Assembly (NCBI GenBank): GCA_963514005.1
Contig: OY740811.1
Location: 31,434,001 to 31,498,000 of the forward strand
Direction of reading: 5' to 3'
Length of the DNA stretch: 64,000 nucleotides
DNA from: Raja brachyura
Taxonomy: Eukaryota
A program made the position numbers and the translations under genes. Position 1 is the first letter of the stretch. Each line of letters opens with the position of its first letter. The notes beneath the pieces were generated by a model. It saw only the letters and a program-made list of their open reading frames with translations, was not told where the DNA came from and searched no databases. Below, one piece after another: positions 11,506 through 22,784 of this stretch.

Positions 11506-13489
11506 CTGAGAAAAGAGAGAAAGAAAACAACACGGTGAGAACTGAAGAGGAACACGAGAAGAGAAGTTCATAAGTGATAGGAGCAGAATTAGGCCACTCG
11601 GCCCATCAAGTCTAGTCCTCCATTCTAAAATGGCTGATCTATGGCTCCATATTCTCCTGCCTTCTCCCCAAAGTCCCTGACACCCGTACAAATCAAGAAT
11701 CTCCCTTAAAAATACCCATTGACGGCCTCCACATCCTTCTGTGGCAGAGGTGGTGATAGTCTGGTAACCAGTCTGATGCACAACATGACCTCAAACTAGT
11801 AACAGAACACACAAAGATACAGTTTGAGGAAGGGTCCCGACCCAAACCATCACCTCTCCATGTTCCCCACAGATGCTGCCTGACCCGCTGAGTTACTCCA
11901 GCATTCTGTGTCTTATCTTCATAGGAAAGTAGAGTCTGAAACCCACCAAGTCCGAGCCGACCAGCGATCACCGCACAATAACACTATCCTACACACACTA
12001 GGGACAATTTACAATTTTTACCGAAGCCAATTAGCCTGCAAACCTGCACATCTTTGGAGTGTGGCCACAGGGAGAAATCGTACAAACTCCGTACAGACAG
12101 CACCCGTAGTCAGGATCGAACCATGTCTCTGGCGCTGTGAGGCAGCAGCTCTACCGCTGCGCCACCGTGCCGCCCATGAGTAGCTGCAGTGTGTTGACAT
12201 GGGCGGGCGGGCGGGCGGTTTGAGAGGCAGCATGGATACGTGGCGGACACAGGATCAACGGAGTTTGTGCCGGTCTCGACACGAAACGTAAACAAGGGTC
12301 TCGACCTGAAACGTCACCCATTCCATCTCTCCAGAGATGCTGCCTGTCCCGCTGAGTTACTCCACCGTTTTGTGTCTGTCTTGGAGTTTGCTCCAGCCTG
12401 AAGGAGATGTTACTGTGTAACTTGGTTTGTGATGGGCCGTGCACACAATGGCTTCAATCTTCAATCTTCACTCCCATTGATTAGTTGCAGGAAACCTCTA
12501 CCCATCCTACCTGTGAGCAGTCTCATTATTATGACACTGCTGGGACAATGAAGTGTGACGTTACCTTCTCTCTTACACCTGTCGGGCGCTCGGAATTTTC
12601 CACCTCCTTCCTTCAGTGAGCTGTTTGTGGTGAAGTCATCTTTGTTTTTCCTCATTGTTATTCTGCTGTCGGGGTGAATGTGAAGGAAGGGCACCCCCAG
12701 AGATTGAGAGCAGTTTGATTGGAGGTCGGTGGGTCTTAGAACATTGGCCAGTACGGCACAAGGCACAGGCCCTTCGGCCCACAATACCTATGCTGAGCAT
12801 GATCCCAAGTTAAAACTAATCTCCTCTGCCCATTGTTGTGGGCCCCCTCGGTCACGACTGATGATGCATCCTAGTTGTTGGCTGCTTGCTCCAAACCTCC
12901 GCTCGACCAGCATCGCTTGTGGCTGAAGAGACCAATGCTGGGGTGACAGTGTCTGTCGCAAAGGTCACATTTGTGTGTGTGGTCTCTGGTTTGTGCCCAT
13001 ATATCCCTCCATTCCCTGCATGGCCATGTACCTTGCTAAAAGCCTCTTAAACACCGTAGCCATATTTTCTTTAAACTTTGCCCCTCTCACCTTAAAGCCA
13101 TTTGCTATAGGCTTAAAGCTATAGGGACATATGTAACGGGTGGTCACGATGGCGCAGCGGTAGAGTTGCTGCCTTACAGCGAATGCAGAGCCGGAGATCC
13201 GGGTTCGATCCAGACTATGTGCGCTTTCTGTGTGGAGTTTGTACGTGCTCCCCGTGACCTGCGTGGGTTTTCTCCCACACGCCAAAGACGTGCTGGTTAA
13301 TTGGTTTGGTAAAAGGTTACAGATATTGATCCAGTTGATGAATGTGATTTTTGTGTGTATTTTGTACCTATTCGGGTAGTAAATAAGTCAAGGGTTTTTT
13401 TGCCTTGTTTGGGGTCGGGGAGATGGAGAACTTTCATGGCTGCATTTGAAGGGAACTGTTTTGATGGAGTATAATTTGGCATGTCATGA

Positions 13490-13925
13490 CAGCGGGCAGG
13501 TGTTATAGACCTGCACGGGAAGGTCGACGCTCCCGCCCCCACCAGTCTCGGGCAGATGGGGCTCGTCCGTCAGCCTGGGAAGGCCGTCCATCTGGGAGAG
13601 GGAAAACTGATTTAAAACCTCCACTGCCTTGTGGCCATATCCAGTCACGGAAAAGGCTCCAGGAGTGAACCACAAGAAAACCCGGAGTCGGAGTCCCTAA
13701 GGCAGTTCGTCGTTGTCTACAACCTCGCTCTGGCAGCTCCTGCGACGGCGCTGGTGCCAAACTGTAACGGCCCTGCTGTACCTTTGGATCGATCAGCGAC
13801 GTGGAGAGGAGGGGACGTGCTTCATGGGCAACAGCCTGTCCTCCATATGACATCGCCCAGGCTTGCATCCAACAAACTAGGATGCATCACCCATGGTCAG
13901 TCATGACCGAGGGGGGCCTACTGCT
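13490..13925 (+). mobile_element. Short non-autonomous retroelement, RTE-like
   Basis: Contains CCATCTGGGAGAGGGAAAACTGATTTAAAACCTCCACTGCC, similar to RTE 5'-UTR motifs as recalled. The 3' end matches an inverted fragment at 12841-12880. Confidence 0.5.
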
Positions 13926-15129
13926 GATTAAATAACCAAAGTATAAAAAATAGTTGCGAAGGGAAAAAAAACCGCACTCGGATTAAAATGGGAAATAAAA
14001 ACCTGACGCAAGGTTTGATGATGTGTAGGAAGGAAGCGCAGATTGTGGTTTGTACAGAAGACAGACACAAAGTGTTGGAGTAACTCGGCGGGTCAGGCAG
14101 CATCTCTGGGGGAGATAGATGGGTGATAGTTTAGGTTGGGACCCTTCTTCAGTTTTCAGTCTGAAGACTGGCTCCAACCCGAAATGTCACCCATCCATTT
14201 CCCCCAGTGATGCTGCCGAGTTACTCCAACACTTTGTGTCTATCTTCTGTCATCATTTTGTGTCTATTAAAGGTTTGATGATGTCAGACAAAAGAATGGT
14301 TTGAAGTTGGTTTAGACTCTGGGGCAAAAATGTGGAGATGGTAACAAGAAAACTTGAAACATCACCTATTCCTTTTCCATTTCCTCCAGAGAAGCTGCCT
14401 GACCCGCTGAATTACTCCAGCACTTTGTGTCTGTCGCCGGTCTAAACCAGCATCTGCAGTTCCTTCCTACACAAAGGAAATTGTGTTTATTTTTAAGAAG
14501 GAACTGTAGATGCTGGAAAATCGAAGGTAGACAAACGTGCTGGAGAAACTCAGCGGGTGCGGCAGCACTTTTGTCTACCTCTGTGTATATTTTTCTTGCT
14601 CTGATGCGAATTACGCTGGGTTACGTGGAGTGTGACTTGCTACATGTTTTGGCGTCAAATCGAATGCAAATGAAACTTTAGTTTGTTGATTCTCACGTGT
14701 ACCGAGGACACAGTGAAAAGCTTTTGTTGCACGCTATCCAGTCAGCGGAAAGACAATACATGATTACAATCGAGCCGTTTACAGTGAACGGATACGTGAT
14801 GAGGAAATAACATTTAGTTATCTGAAAGGAGTTTAAGACATTAAGACAAAAAGTGAGAGATGTTGCTGTAGGAGTAGAGATGTAAGAATGTGTGATTGTA
14901 ATCTAATTCTGTGGCGAGCACGCATATAGTCGCCTGGGATGGGCGCCATCTTGGGAAGCTTGCTGGGGGCAGGGCATGCCAGGAATGCACTGAGTGGTGT
15001 AGCTACTGCGAACATCACTGTTGCTGGGCAGGATTGTGCAGACTGGCTGGCACATGCTGATTAAGTAAGTAAGTTTATTGGCCAAGTATTCACATACAAG
15101 GAATTTGCCTTGGTGCTCCGCCCACAAGT

Positions 15130-15840
15130 AGAAACATAGAAACATAGAAAAATAGGTGCAGGAGTAGGCCATTCGGCCCTTCGAACCTGCACCGCCATTC
15201 AATATGATCATGGCTGATCATCCAACTCAGTATCCCGTACCTGCCTTCTCTCCATACCCCCTGATCCCTTTAGCCACAAGAGCCACATCCAACTACCTCT
15301 TGAATATAGCTAATGAACTGGCCTCAACGACCTTCTGTGGCAGAGAATTCCAGAGACTCACCACTCTCTGTGTAAAGAATGTTTTCCTCATCTCGGTTCT
15401 AAAGGAATTCCCCCTTATCCTTAGACTGTGACCCCTTGTTCTGGACTTCCCCCAACATCACATTTGGAGATGTTGCATTCAATTCCCTCGTCCAAATCAT
15501 TAATATATATTGTAAATAGCTGGGGTCCCAGCACTGAGCCTTGTGGTACCCCACTAGTCACTGCCTGCCATTGTGAAAAGGACCCGTTTACTCCTACCCT
15601 TTGCTTCCTGTCTGCCAGCCAGCTCTCTGTCCACATCAATATCGAACCCCCAATACCGTGTGCTTTAAGTTTGTATACTAATCTCGTATGTGGGACCTTG
15701 TCGAAAGCCTTCTGAAAGTTCAGATATAACACATCCACAGGTTCTCCCTTATCCACTCTACTAGTTACATCCTCGAAAAATTCTATAAGATTGGTCAGAC
15801 ATGATTTACCTTTTGTAAATCCATGCTGACTTTGTCCAAA
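15130..15840 (-). mobile_element. Internally deleted CR1-type LINE (RT fragment joined to the 3' end)
   Basis: [23 protein letters not shown]...[10 protein letters not shown]...[24 protein letters not shown] joined directly to the 3' tail. Confidence 0.92.
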
Positions 15841-16044
15841 GTAACAACATGACATACAGTAACAGTTACGAATGACTCCGAAAACACGAAACATTAATAA
15901 TAATAAAACATTAATGATGAAGCGCCATTGATCAAGCGCGTGAACCAACAAAATACCAGATCAAAGGGAGGCTACAGATTTTTGGTTGTTGAGTAGAGCA
16001 ACTACTAGTGGATAAAAAGTGTTTTTATGTCTGGCTGTGGCAGC

Positions 16045-16487
16045 TTAGGGGCTGCTCCTTGCTGCATGTCTCACCCACCACCCTCATCTTTGGACACCCT
16101 GTACGTAAGGGAGAGGGCAGGGCCGAAGATGTCCTGGTTGGGTTGCTCCTGGGCCTGGGCCAGTCCAGGCCAAGCTGGCCATCCGCGAGGCACGGCACCA
16201 GGCGGAAGAGGGCTCTGCCCGAGCCGGCTGCCCGCCCCCTTTTCCAGGGTTACGTCCGTGCCCGGGTGGCGTTAGAGAGGGACTACGTGCTGTCCACGGG
16301 CACCCTGGGGGATTTCCGGGCCCGCTGGACACCACGAGGCGTTGATTGCATCCTCTATAAGGATTGTAACAAAGTTGTATAATAGTTTATTTAGTATATT
16401 TGTTTGTCTTGTATTGTGGTGGGTTCTGTTTTATTGTATTGGAAATATTATTTTTAATAATTTAATTTAAATTTAACTTTAAAAAAA
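16045..16487 (+). mobile_element. Tx1/L1-type LINE 3' fragment
   Basis: SPTTLIFGHP...LLLGL...LFQGYVRARVALER...FRARW ORF2 C-terminus with a T/A-rich tail. Confidence 0.7.
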
Positions 16488-16519
16488 CACATGCTGATTA
16501 TTTTGATCTTATTGCAATG

Positions 16520-16945
16520 GACAATAGACAATAGGTGCAGGAGGAGGCCATTCGGCCCTTCGAGCCAGCACCGCCATTCACTGTGATCATGGCTGATTAT
16601 CCCCAATCAATAACCCGTGCCTGCCTTCTCCCCATATCCCCCGACTCCACTAGCCCCTAGAGCTCTATCTAACTCTCTCTTAAATCCATCCAGTGATTTG
16701 GCCTCCACTGCCCTCTATGGCAGGGAATTCCACAAATTCACAACTCTCTGGGTGAAAATGTTTTTTCTCACCTCAGTCTTAAATGACCTCCCCTTTATTC
16801 TATGTGATCATGGCTGATCATCCACAATCAGTACCCCGTTCCTGCCTTCCCCCATATCCCCTGACTCTGCTATCTTTAAGAGCCCTATCTAGCTCTCTCT
16901 TGAAAGTATCCAGAGAACCGGCCTCTGAGGCAGAGAATTCCACTG
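16520..16945 (-). mobile_element. Two CR1-type LINE 3' fragments in bcl2l16 intron
   Basis: The first is nearly identical to the 3' part of 3976-4240; the second is a related subfamily tail. Confidence 0.85.
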
Positions 16946-16994
16946 TGTGGGTGAGTCAGTATGTGGACGCCTGCCTCATCCTAGCCACACTCAC

Positions 16995-17435
16995 CCATCC
17001 TCCCTTCTCGCGGATGCCTGGACATACTTTGGCCTCCATGTACTCTCCCACTCTGACCTCCAGCTCCTCCAGCACGCACTCCATGCCGTGGCTCTGGCAG
17101 TGTATGGCCAGCTGCCCTGCCAACACGTATATAGACAGGATTCCACTCCAGGTCAGCTCTTTCTTCTGCCAGGGCTTGTCCGGTTGGAAGTGCTGGTCCA
17201 GGATGTTGAACAGGTAGTCGCAAGCGTTGTCGGAGCTGATGGCCTTGAAGACTCTGGGCCACCGCTTGAAGAAGATGGGGTACTTGGCCAAGAGGTCGTC
17301 CCCCGCATGTCTCAGGGCCGCGGCTGTCACGGTGGGAGCCGCCTTCGCCGCCCGACCCGTCACGTACCTGATGTAATCCCGTGACATCACGTAAGCCTCT
17401 TGTACCACATGTTCAGTCCTTGGAGCCGACCTCAT
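16995..17435 (-). CDS. bcl2l16: Bcl-2-family protein (Bcl-WAV-like) coding exon 1: BH4-like, BH3, BH1, start of BH2
   Basis: ATG preceded by an in-frame upstream TGA. LRHAGDDL (BH3), LTWSGILSIYVLAG (divergent BH1), IREKGGW followed by |GTGAGT, the phase-0 intron after BH2 GGW typical of the family. PIFFKRWPRVF resembles fish Bcl-WAV as recalled. Family call is firm; ortholog call is less so. Confidence 0.85.
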
Positions 17436-18078
17436 TCCAAGCAGCCGCTGCCCACTCGATGTGTTTGGTCACTCAACTGCTCCCTGCTGTTAGGAACAAG
17501 CTGGCAGCTCAAGTATCAGGAGGCGGCTTACAGCACCTAAAAATAACTAGCAGACCGACCGGGTGACCGAGGTAGGAAGGTGCCCTGGCACAACAGCAAG
17601 CAGTGCTTTCATTAGGGGTCTCAACCCAAAACCTCACCCATTCCTCTCTCCAGAGATGGTGTCTGACCCACTGAGTTACTCCAGCTTTTTGTGTCAGTCT
17701 TCCCTTTCGTAACACAGTCACAATGAGTCTGCTGGTGAAGGTTAAATAAAGCCGCATGTCGGACAGCCCAATGTTAGGCTCCAGAACACCAACATGTGGT
17801 CACCCTGTGACAGACACTAAATGCTGGAGTAACTCAGCGGGACAGGCAGCTCCTCTGGAGAGAAGGAATGGGTGACGTTTCGGCTCGTGACCCTTCTGCA
17901 GGCTGAGAGTCAGGGGGGGGGGGAACGAGATATGGAAGGATACAAAGAGCATGTGGGGTGTGAAAAGGACAGATCAAAGCAGACAATGCTCAAGGAAATG
18001 CAGAAATGTTCATTGTTGGCTGAGGGGAGGTGACAATGAGGTGGACAAACAGTAAAATTAATCAGGAGGGCAGTGACA

Positions 18079-19078
18079 CTAGTTAGTTGGTTAGTTAATT
18101 GGTTGGCTAGTTAGTTGGATAGTTAGTTAATTAGTTGGATAGTTAGTTGGATAGTTAGTTAATTAGTTGGATAGTTAGTTGGATGGATAGTTAGTTGGAT
18201 AGTTAGTTAATTAGTTGGATAGTTAGTTAATTAGTTGGATAGTTAGTTGGATAGTTAGTTAATTAGTTGGATAGTTAGTTGGTTAATTAGTTGGATGGAT
18301 AGTTAGTTGGATAGTTAGTTAATTAGTTGGATAGTTAGGTAGTTAGTTGGATAGTTAGTTAATTAGTTGGATAGTTAGTTGGATAGTTAGTTAATTAGTT
18401 TGATAGTTAGTTGGTTAGTTAGTTGGATGGATAGTTAGTTGTATAGTTGGTTAATTAGTTGGATAGTTAGTTGGATAGTTAGTTAATTAGTTGGATAGTT
18501 AGTTGGATAGTTAGTTAATTAGTTGGATAGTTAGTTGGTTAGTTAGTTGGATGGATAGTTAGTTGGATAGTTAGTTAATTAGTTGGATAGTTAGTTGGAT
18601 AGTTAGTTAATTAGTTGGATAGTTAGTTGGATAGTTAGTTAATTAGTTGGATAGTTAGTTGGTTAGTTAGTTGGATGGATAGTTAGTTGGATAGTTAGTT
18701 AATTAGTTGGATAGTTAGTTGGATAGTTGGTTAATTAGTTGGTTAGTTAGATGGTTGGCTAGTTGGTTGGCTAGTTAGTTGGATAGTTAGTTATTTAGTT
18801 GGATAGTTAGTTGGATAGTTAGTTAATTAGTTGGATAGTTAATTGGATAGTTAGTTAATTAGTTGGATAGTTAATTGGATAGTTAGTTAATTAGTTGGTT
18901 AGTTAGTTAGTTAGATAGTTAGTTGGATAGTTAGTTAATTAGTTGGATAGTTAGTTAATTAGTTGGATAGTTAGTTAATTAGTTGGATAGTTAGTTGGAT
19001 AGTTAGTTAATTAGTTGGATAGTTAGTTAATTAGTTGGATAGTTAGTTAATTAGTTGGATAGTTAGTTGGATAGTTAG
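18079..19078. repeat. About 1-kb compound tetranucleotide satellite (TAGT/TGGA/TAAT modules; 12- and 20-bp periods)
   Basis: TTAGTTGGATAG and TTAGTTAATTAGTTGGATAG reiterated; the + strand is nearly free of C. Confidence 0.97.
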
Positions 19079-21150
19079 GCATTTGAAGAAATCCCAGGGA
19101 TCGCTGTGATATCCTCCCTTCTCACCGCTGCCACTGCTCCTCACCGCTGCTGGCATGTACATGAGTGTAATTATTAACTCTGTGAATCAGATTTAAACCC
19201 CTGGTTGAGTGTTTGCTTGAAAGATCCAGCGTGGATCCAATGGTTTTACATGTGTTACAAACACGGGCATTTCACTTGTGGAATGCAGGCAGACAGTGTT
19301 AGATCATTTGGGCAGTATCATGTTGCACATGTCAAAAACGTCAAGAGGGTTTTGTCTGGACCGGAAACGTCACCTATTCCTTCGCTCCATAGATGCTGCC
19401 TCACCCGCTGAGTTTCTCCAGCATGTTTGTCTATCTAACATTGCTCTGATGATGAGCAATGATTTAATTGACCATGTGATGTCCATTACCGGTCATGGTT
19501 GAGGGATTTATATCGACAAAGGCAACCTGCACATCCTTTTTTAAATAGCTCCACACAAGTTTACCGATCGATCTCAGCAGGTAGATAGAGCATTAGTCTA
19601 ATGGCCTATCTGAAAGATGGCACCTCCAAAAATTGTAACCTTCCTCCAGCCCCACGGGGAACTCAGTTTCGATTGTTTATGAGCCAGGAGATGTCACTCA
19701 GAAGTGACTGAGCAGGAATGACACCTGGATCGGACCCCAGACAGCACGGTGCAGGAGAAAATAGTCGCAAGAGGCAATTAGATGCTTTTTAAGAAGCTCC
19801 TGGGAATAATTAAGATGGTGCAATTGGAATTAGTAGTCCCCTGATAATGTTGTGAAATCTCTCCTCGGCTGTTCTGTCCGTGCATGTCTGACCAAGTTCT
19901 AATTTGCTTTCTTGCTTTTACTTTGCTGTACTGCCAAGTTTGTGCAGCTATGAAGAACACCAGCGGTGGCCTGGGAATGTCTCGTCTTGTTTATTTATTG
20001 TCACGGTGCGGTGGAGGCCGGTTCTCTGGATGTTTTCAAGAGAGAGCTAGATAGGGCTCTTAAAAATAGCGGAGTCAGGGGATACGGGGAGAAGGCAGGA
20101 ACGGGGTACTGATTGTGGATGATCAGCCATGATCACATTGAATGGCGGTGCTGGCTCGAAGGGCCGAATGGCCTCTACTCCTGCACCTGTTGTCTATTGG
20201 CATGTACACCAAGGTACAGTGAAAGGTTTTGTTGTTGCGTGCTATCCAGTTAGTGAATAGACTATGCATGATTACAGACAAGCCGTCCACAGTGTGCAGA
20301 TGCAGGATCGGGGGAATAATGTTAGCGCAAGGTAAAGTCTGATTAAAGATAGTCCGAGGGTCTCCGATGAGGTAGATGGTAGATCAGGACCTCTCTCTAG
20401 TTGGTGATAGGATGCTTTAATTGCCTGATACCAGTTGGGAAGAAACTGTCCCTGCATGTTTAAGAAACATTCATACAGGTACCTGGATAGGACACATTGA
20501 GGGGGATCCTGGCCAAACGCAGGCAGGTGAGACTAGTGTAGGTGGCCGGTGTGGGTGTATACTCTAATTTGGAGGTGTGCCTTTTCACACTTCTGTACCT
20601 CTTGCCTGATGGGACCGGGAGTGACCGGGGTGAGACTCGTCCATGATTATCACATTGGCCTTGCTGATGCAGCGTGAAGTGTGGACGGAGTCGATGGGTG
20701 GGAGTCTGAAGAAGGGTCTCGACCTGAAACATTACCTATTCCTTTTCTCCAGAGATGCTGCCTGACTCGCTGAGTTACTCCAACTTTTTGTCTGTCAATG
20801 GAAGGGAGGCTAGTTTGCCAGATGTTGCTCAACAACTCCGGGCACCCCCTCCATGAAACTCTGGAGGGTCAGAGGAACACACGGAACAACAAGTGGCTCC
20901 TCTCCCTGCGCTGTAGAACGGAGCGGTTCACGAGATCCTTCACCCCTGCAGCCATTAGATGTTATAATACTGACCATTAAGCTGCATGGGGGTGCTTTGC
21001 ACTTTTGATAGTTATTCATTGGGTTCTTTTTAAGTATTTATTTTAAGTATTTATTGCTTTTATGTATTGTCCGTATTTTATGTATTGTCTGCTTTACATT
21101 CTGACTGTTGGCTACTGGACATCTGAATTTCCCTGAGGGGATTAATAAAG

Positions 21151-21226
<76 letters not shown>
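21151..21226. repeat. (TGTC)n microsatellite at the tail of a LINE 3' fragment (about 20830-21150)
   Basis: Follows CCCTGAGGGATTAATAAAG. Upstream HPLH...LRCRTERFTRSFTPAAIRCYN is a LINE ORF2 C-terminus. Confidence 0.85.
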
Positions 21227-22784
21227 CCATATCTGACCAATGGCAGCAAGGTCAGAATTGACAACTGTTCAAACTCCTCCCCCTTCTGTTGCGGGGTACA
21301 CTGGACCCCCCCCCCCCAATATTTGCACCTCCCCAATCCTTGATTTTCCACTCGTCACTTTAATTCCATGTTTCATGTGTCTTGTTGTGTCTTTCGACTG
21401 TTGGCAGATCAATTTCCATCCTGGGATAAATAAAGTTCTATTGTACAGTATTGGACCATATTATAACAGGTCCCACCAATATGGGGCCATTGGAGAAGAT
21501 AGGGTCAAGGGCTACTGCTGCAGATAATATGATTATTAATTTTTGGGATCTAGGCGTTGCTAGCAAGGCCAGCGTTTATCACCCATTCCTAATCCATGCC
21601 CTTGTGAAGGTGGTAAGGAGATATCTCCTTGAATTCTACATTCCTTCTGCTGTAAGTGATTCTACTGGGAATGTTTTCTCTGGAATACTCGGAGCGGTAC
21701 CCAACAGGACGCGGAGAGCTAGAAATGTTTCAACCAAAATCAGCTTGTGGTGGAGTAGAGTTATTTTGCGCACAGTTCTGGGCATTTTGGTGGCTGTCAG
21801 GAAATTAATTTCTGAGAGATAAGAGGCTGGTCAACACTCCCCGGAGCCCAAAATATCTTTGACAAAGGATGTCAACGAGCAGAATGTGTCTGCAGTGAGG
21901 TTATCAATCTTCCTTGTCTGTCAGTTATTAATCACTCACAAAACGGAGTGTATTTTTTTGCCATTTCCCAGAAATTGTGCTACTCACAAAGGGCCAATGC
22001 TTGAATTGCATTCTTGGTCCGCTCTCAGATCTGTGGATTCCTGTAACGTCAAAAGCGATCTCATTTGTGTCTTGTTTAAGAAGGAACTGCAGATGCTGGA
22101 AAAATCGAAGGTAGATAAAAATGCTGGAGAAACTCAGTGGGTGAGGCAGCATCTATGGAGAGAAGGAATAGGTGACGTTTCTGGTCGAGACCCTTCTTCG
22201 AAGGAATAGGTGACGTTTCGGGGCGAGACCCTTCGGGTCTCGTTCCGAAACGTCACCTATTCCTTCGCTCCATAGATGCTGCCTCACCTGCTGAGTTTCT
22301 CCAGCATTTTTGTCTAACTCCATTTGTGTCTTCACCCTACTTTTGTAGGCAGTGTCAAGACCCTGCCTCAGCTTCAGGTGGCATCAAGTGCGATCTCCAA
22401 AGTGAAGGTGAGAAGAGCAAAAAAAAACGCACCATGACGCAGAGGTTGAGTTGCTGCCTTACAGCGCCCGAGACCCCGATTCCATCCCGACCACGGGCTC
22501 TGTCTGAACAGAGTTTGCACGTTCTCCCCAAGCCCATGTGGCTTTTTCTCCGGGCGCTCCGGTTTCCTCCAACATTCCAAAGACTTGCAGCTTTGAGGGT
22601 TAATTGGCTTCTGTAAAATTGTGAATTGTCCCTAGTGTGTGTGTGTGTGTGTGTGTGGGATGTCCCTAGTGTTGGTGTGCAGCGATCGCTGGTCGGCGCA
22701 GACTCGTTGGGTCGAAGGGCCTGTTTCTACGCTGTATCTCTGAAGTCTAAAACAAACTGCTGGAGGAACCCAGTGGGTCAGAGA

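Noticed and set aside
13137-13215. tRNA genes (A/B boxes here and at other SINE heads)
   Set aside because: They are tRNA-derived SINE heads that continue into the SINE body and LINE-like tail, without a proper cloverleaf.
16956-16994. C-terminus VSVARMRQASTY of the 159-aa single-exon Bcl-2 ORF
   Set aside because: Intron read-through past the GGW|GTGAGT donor; the true C-terminus is at 11377-11505.
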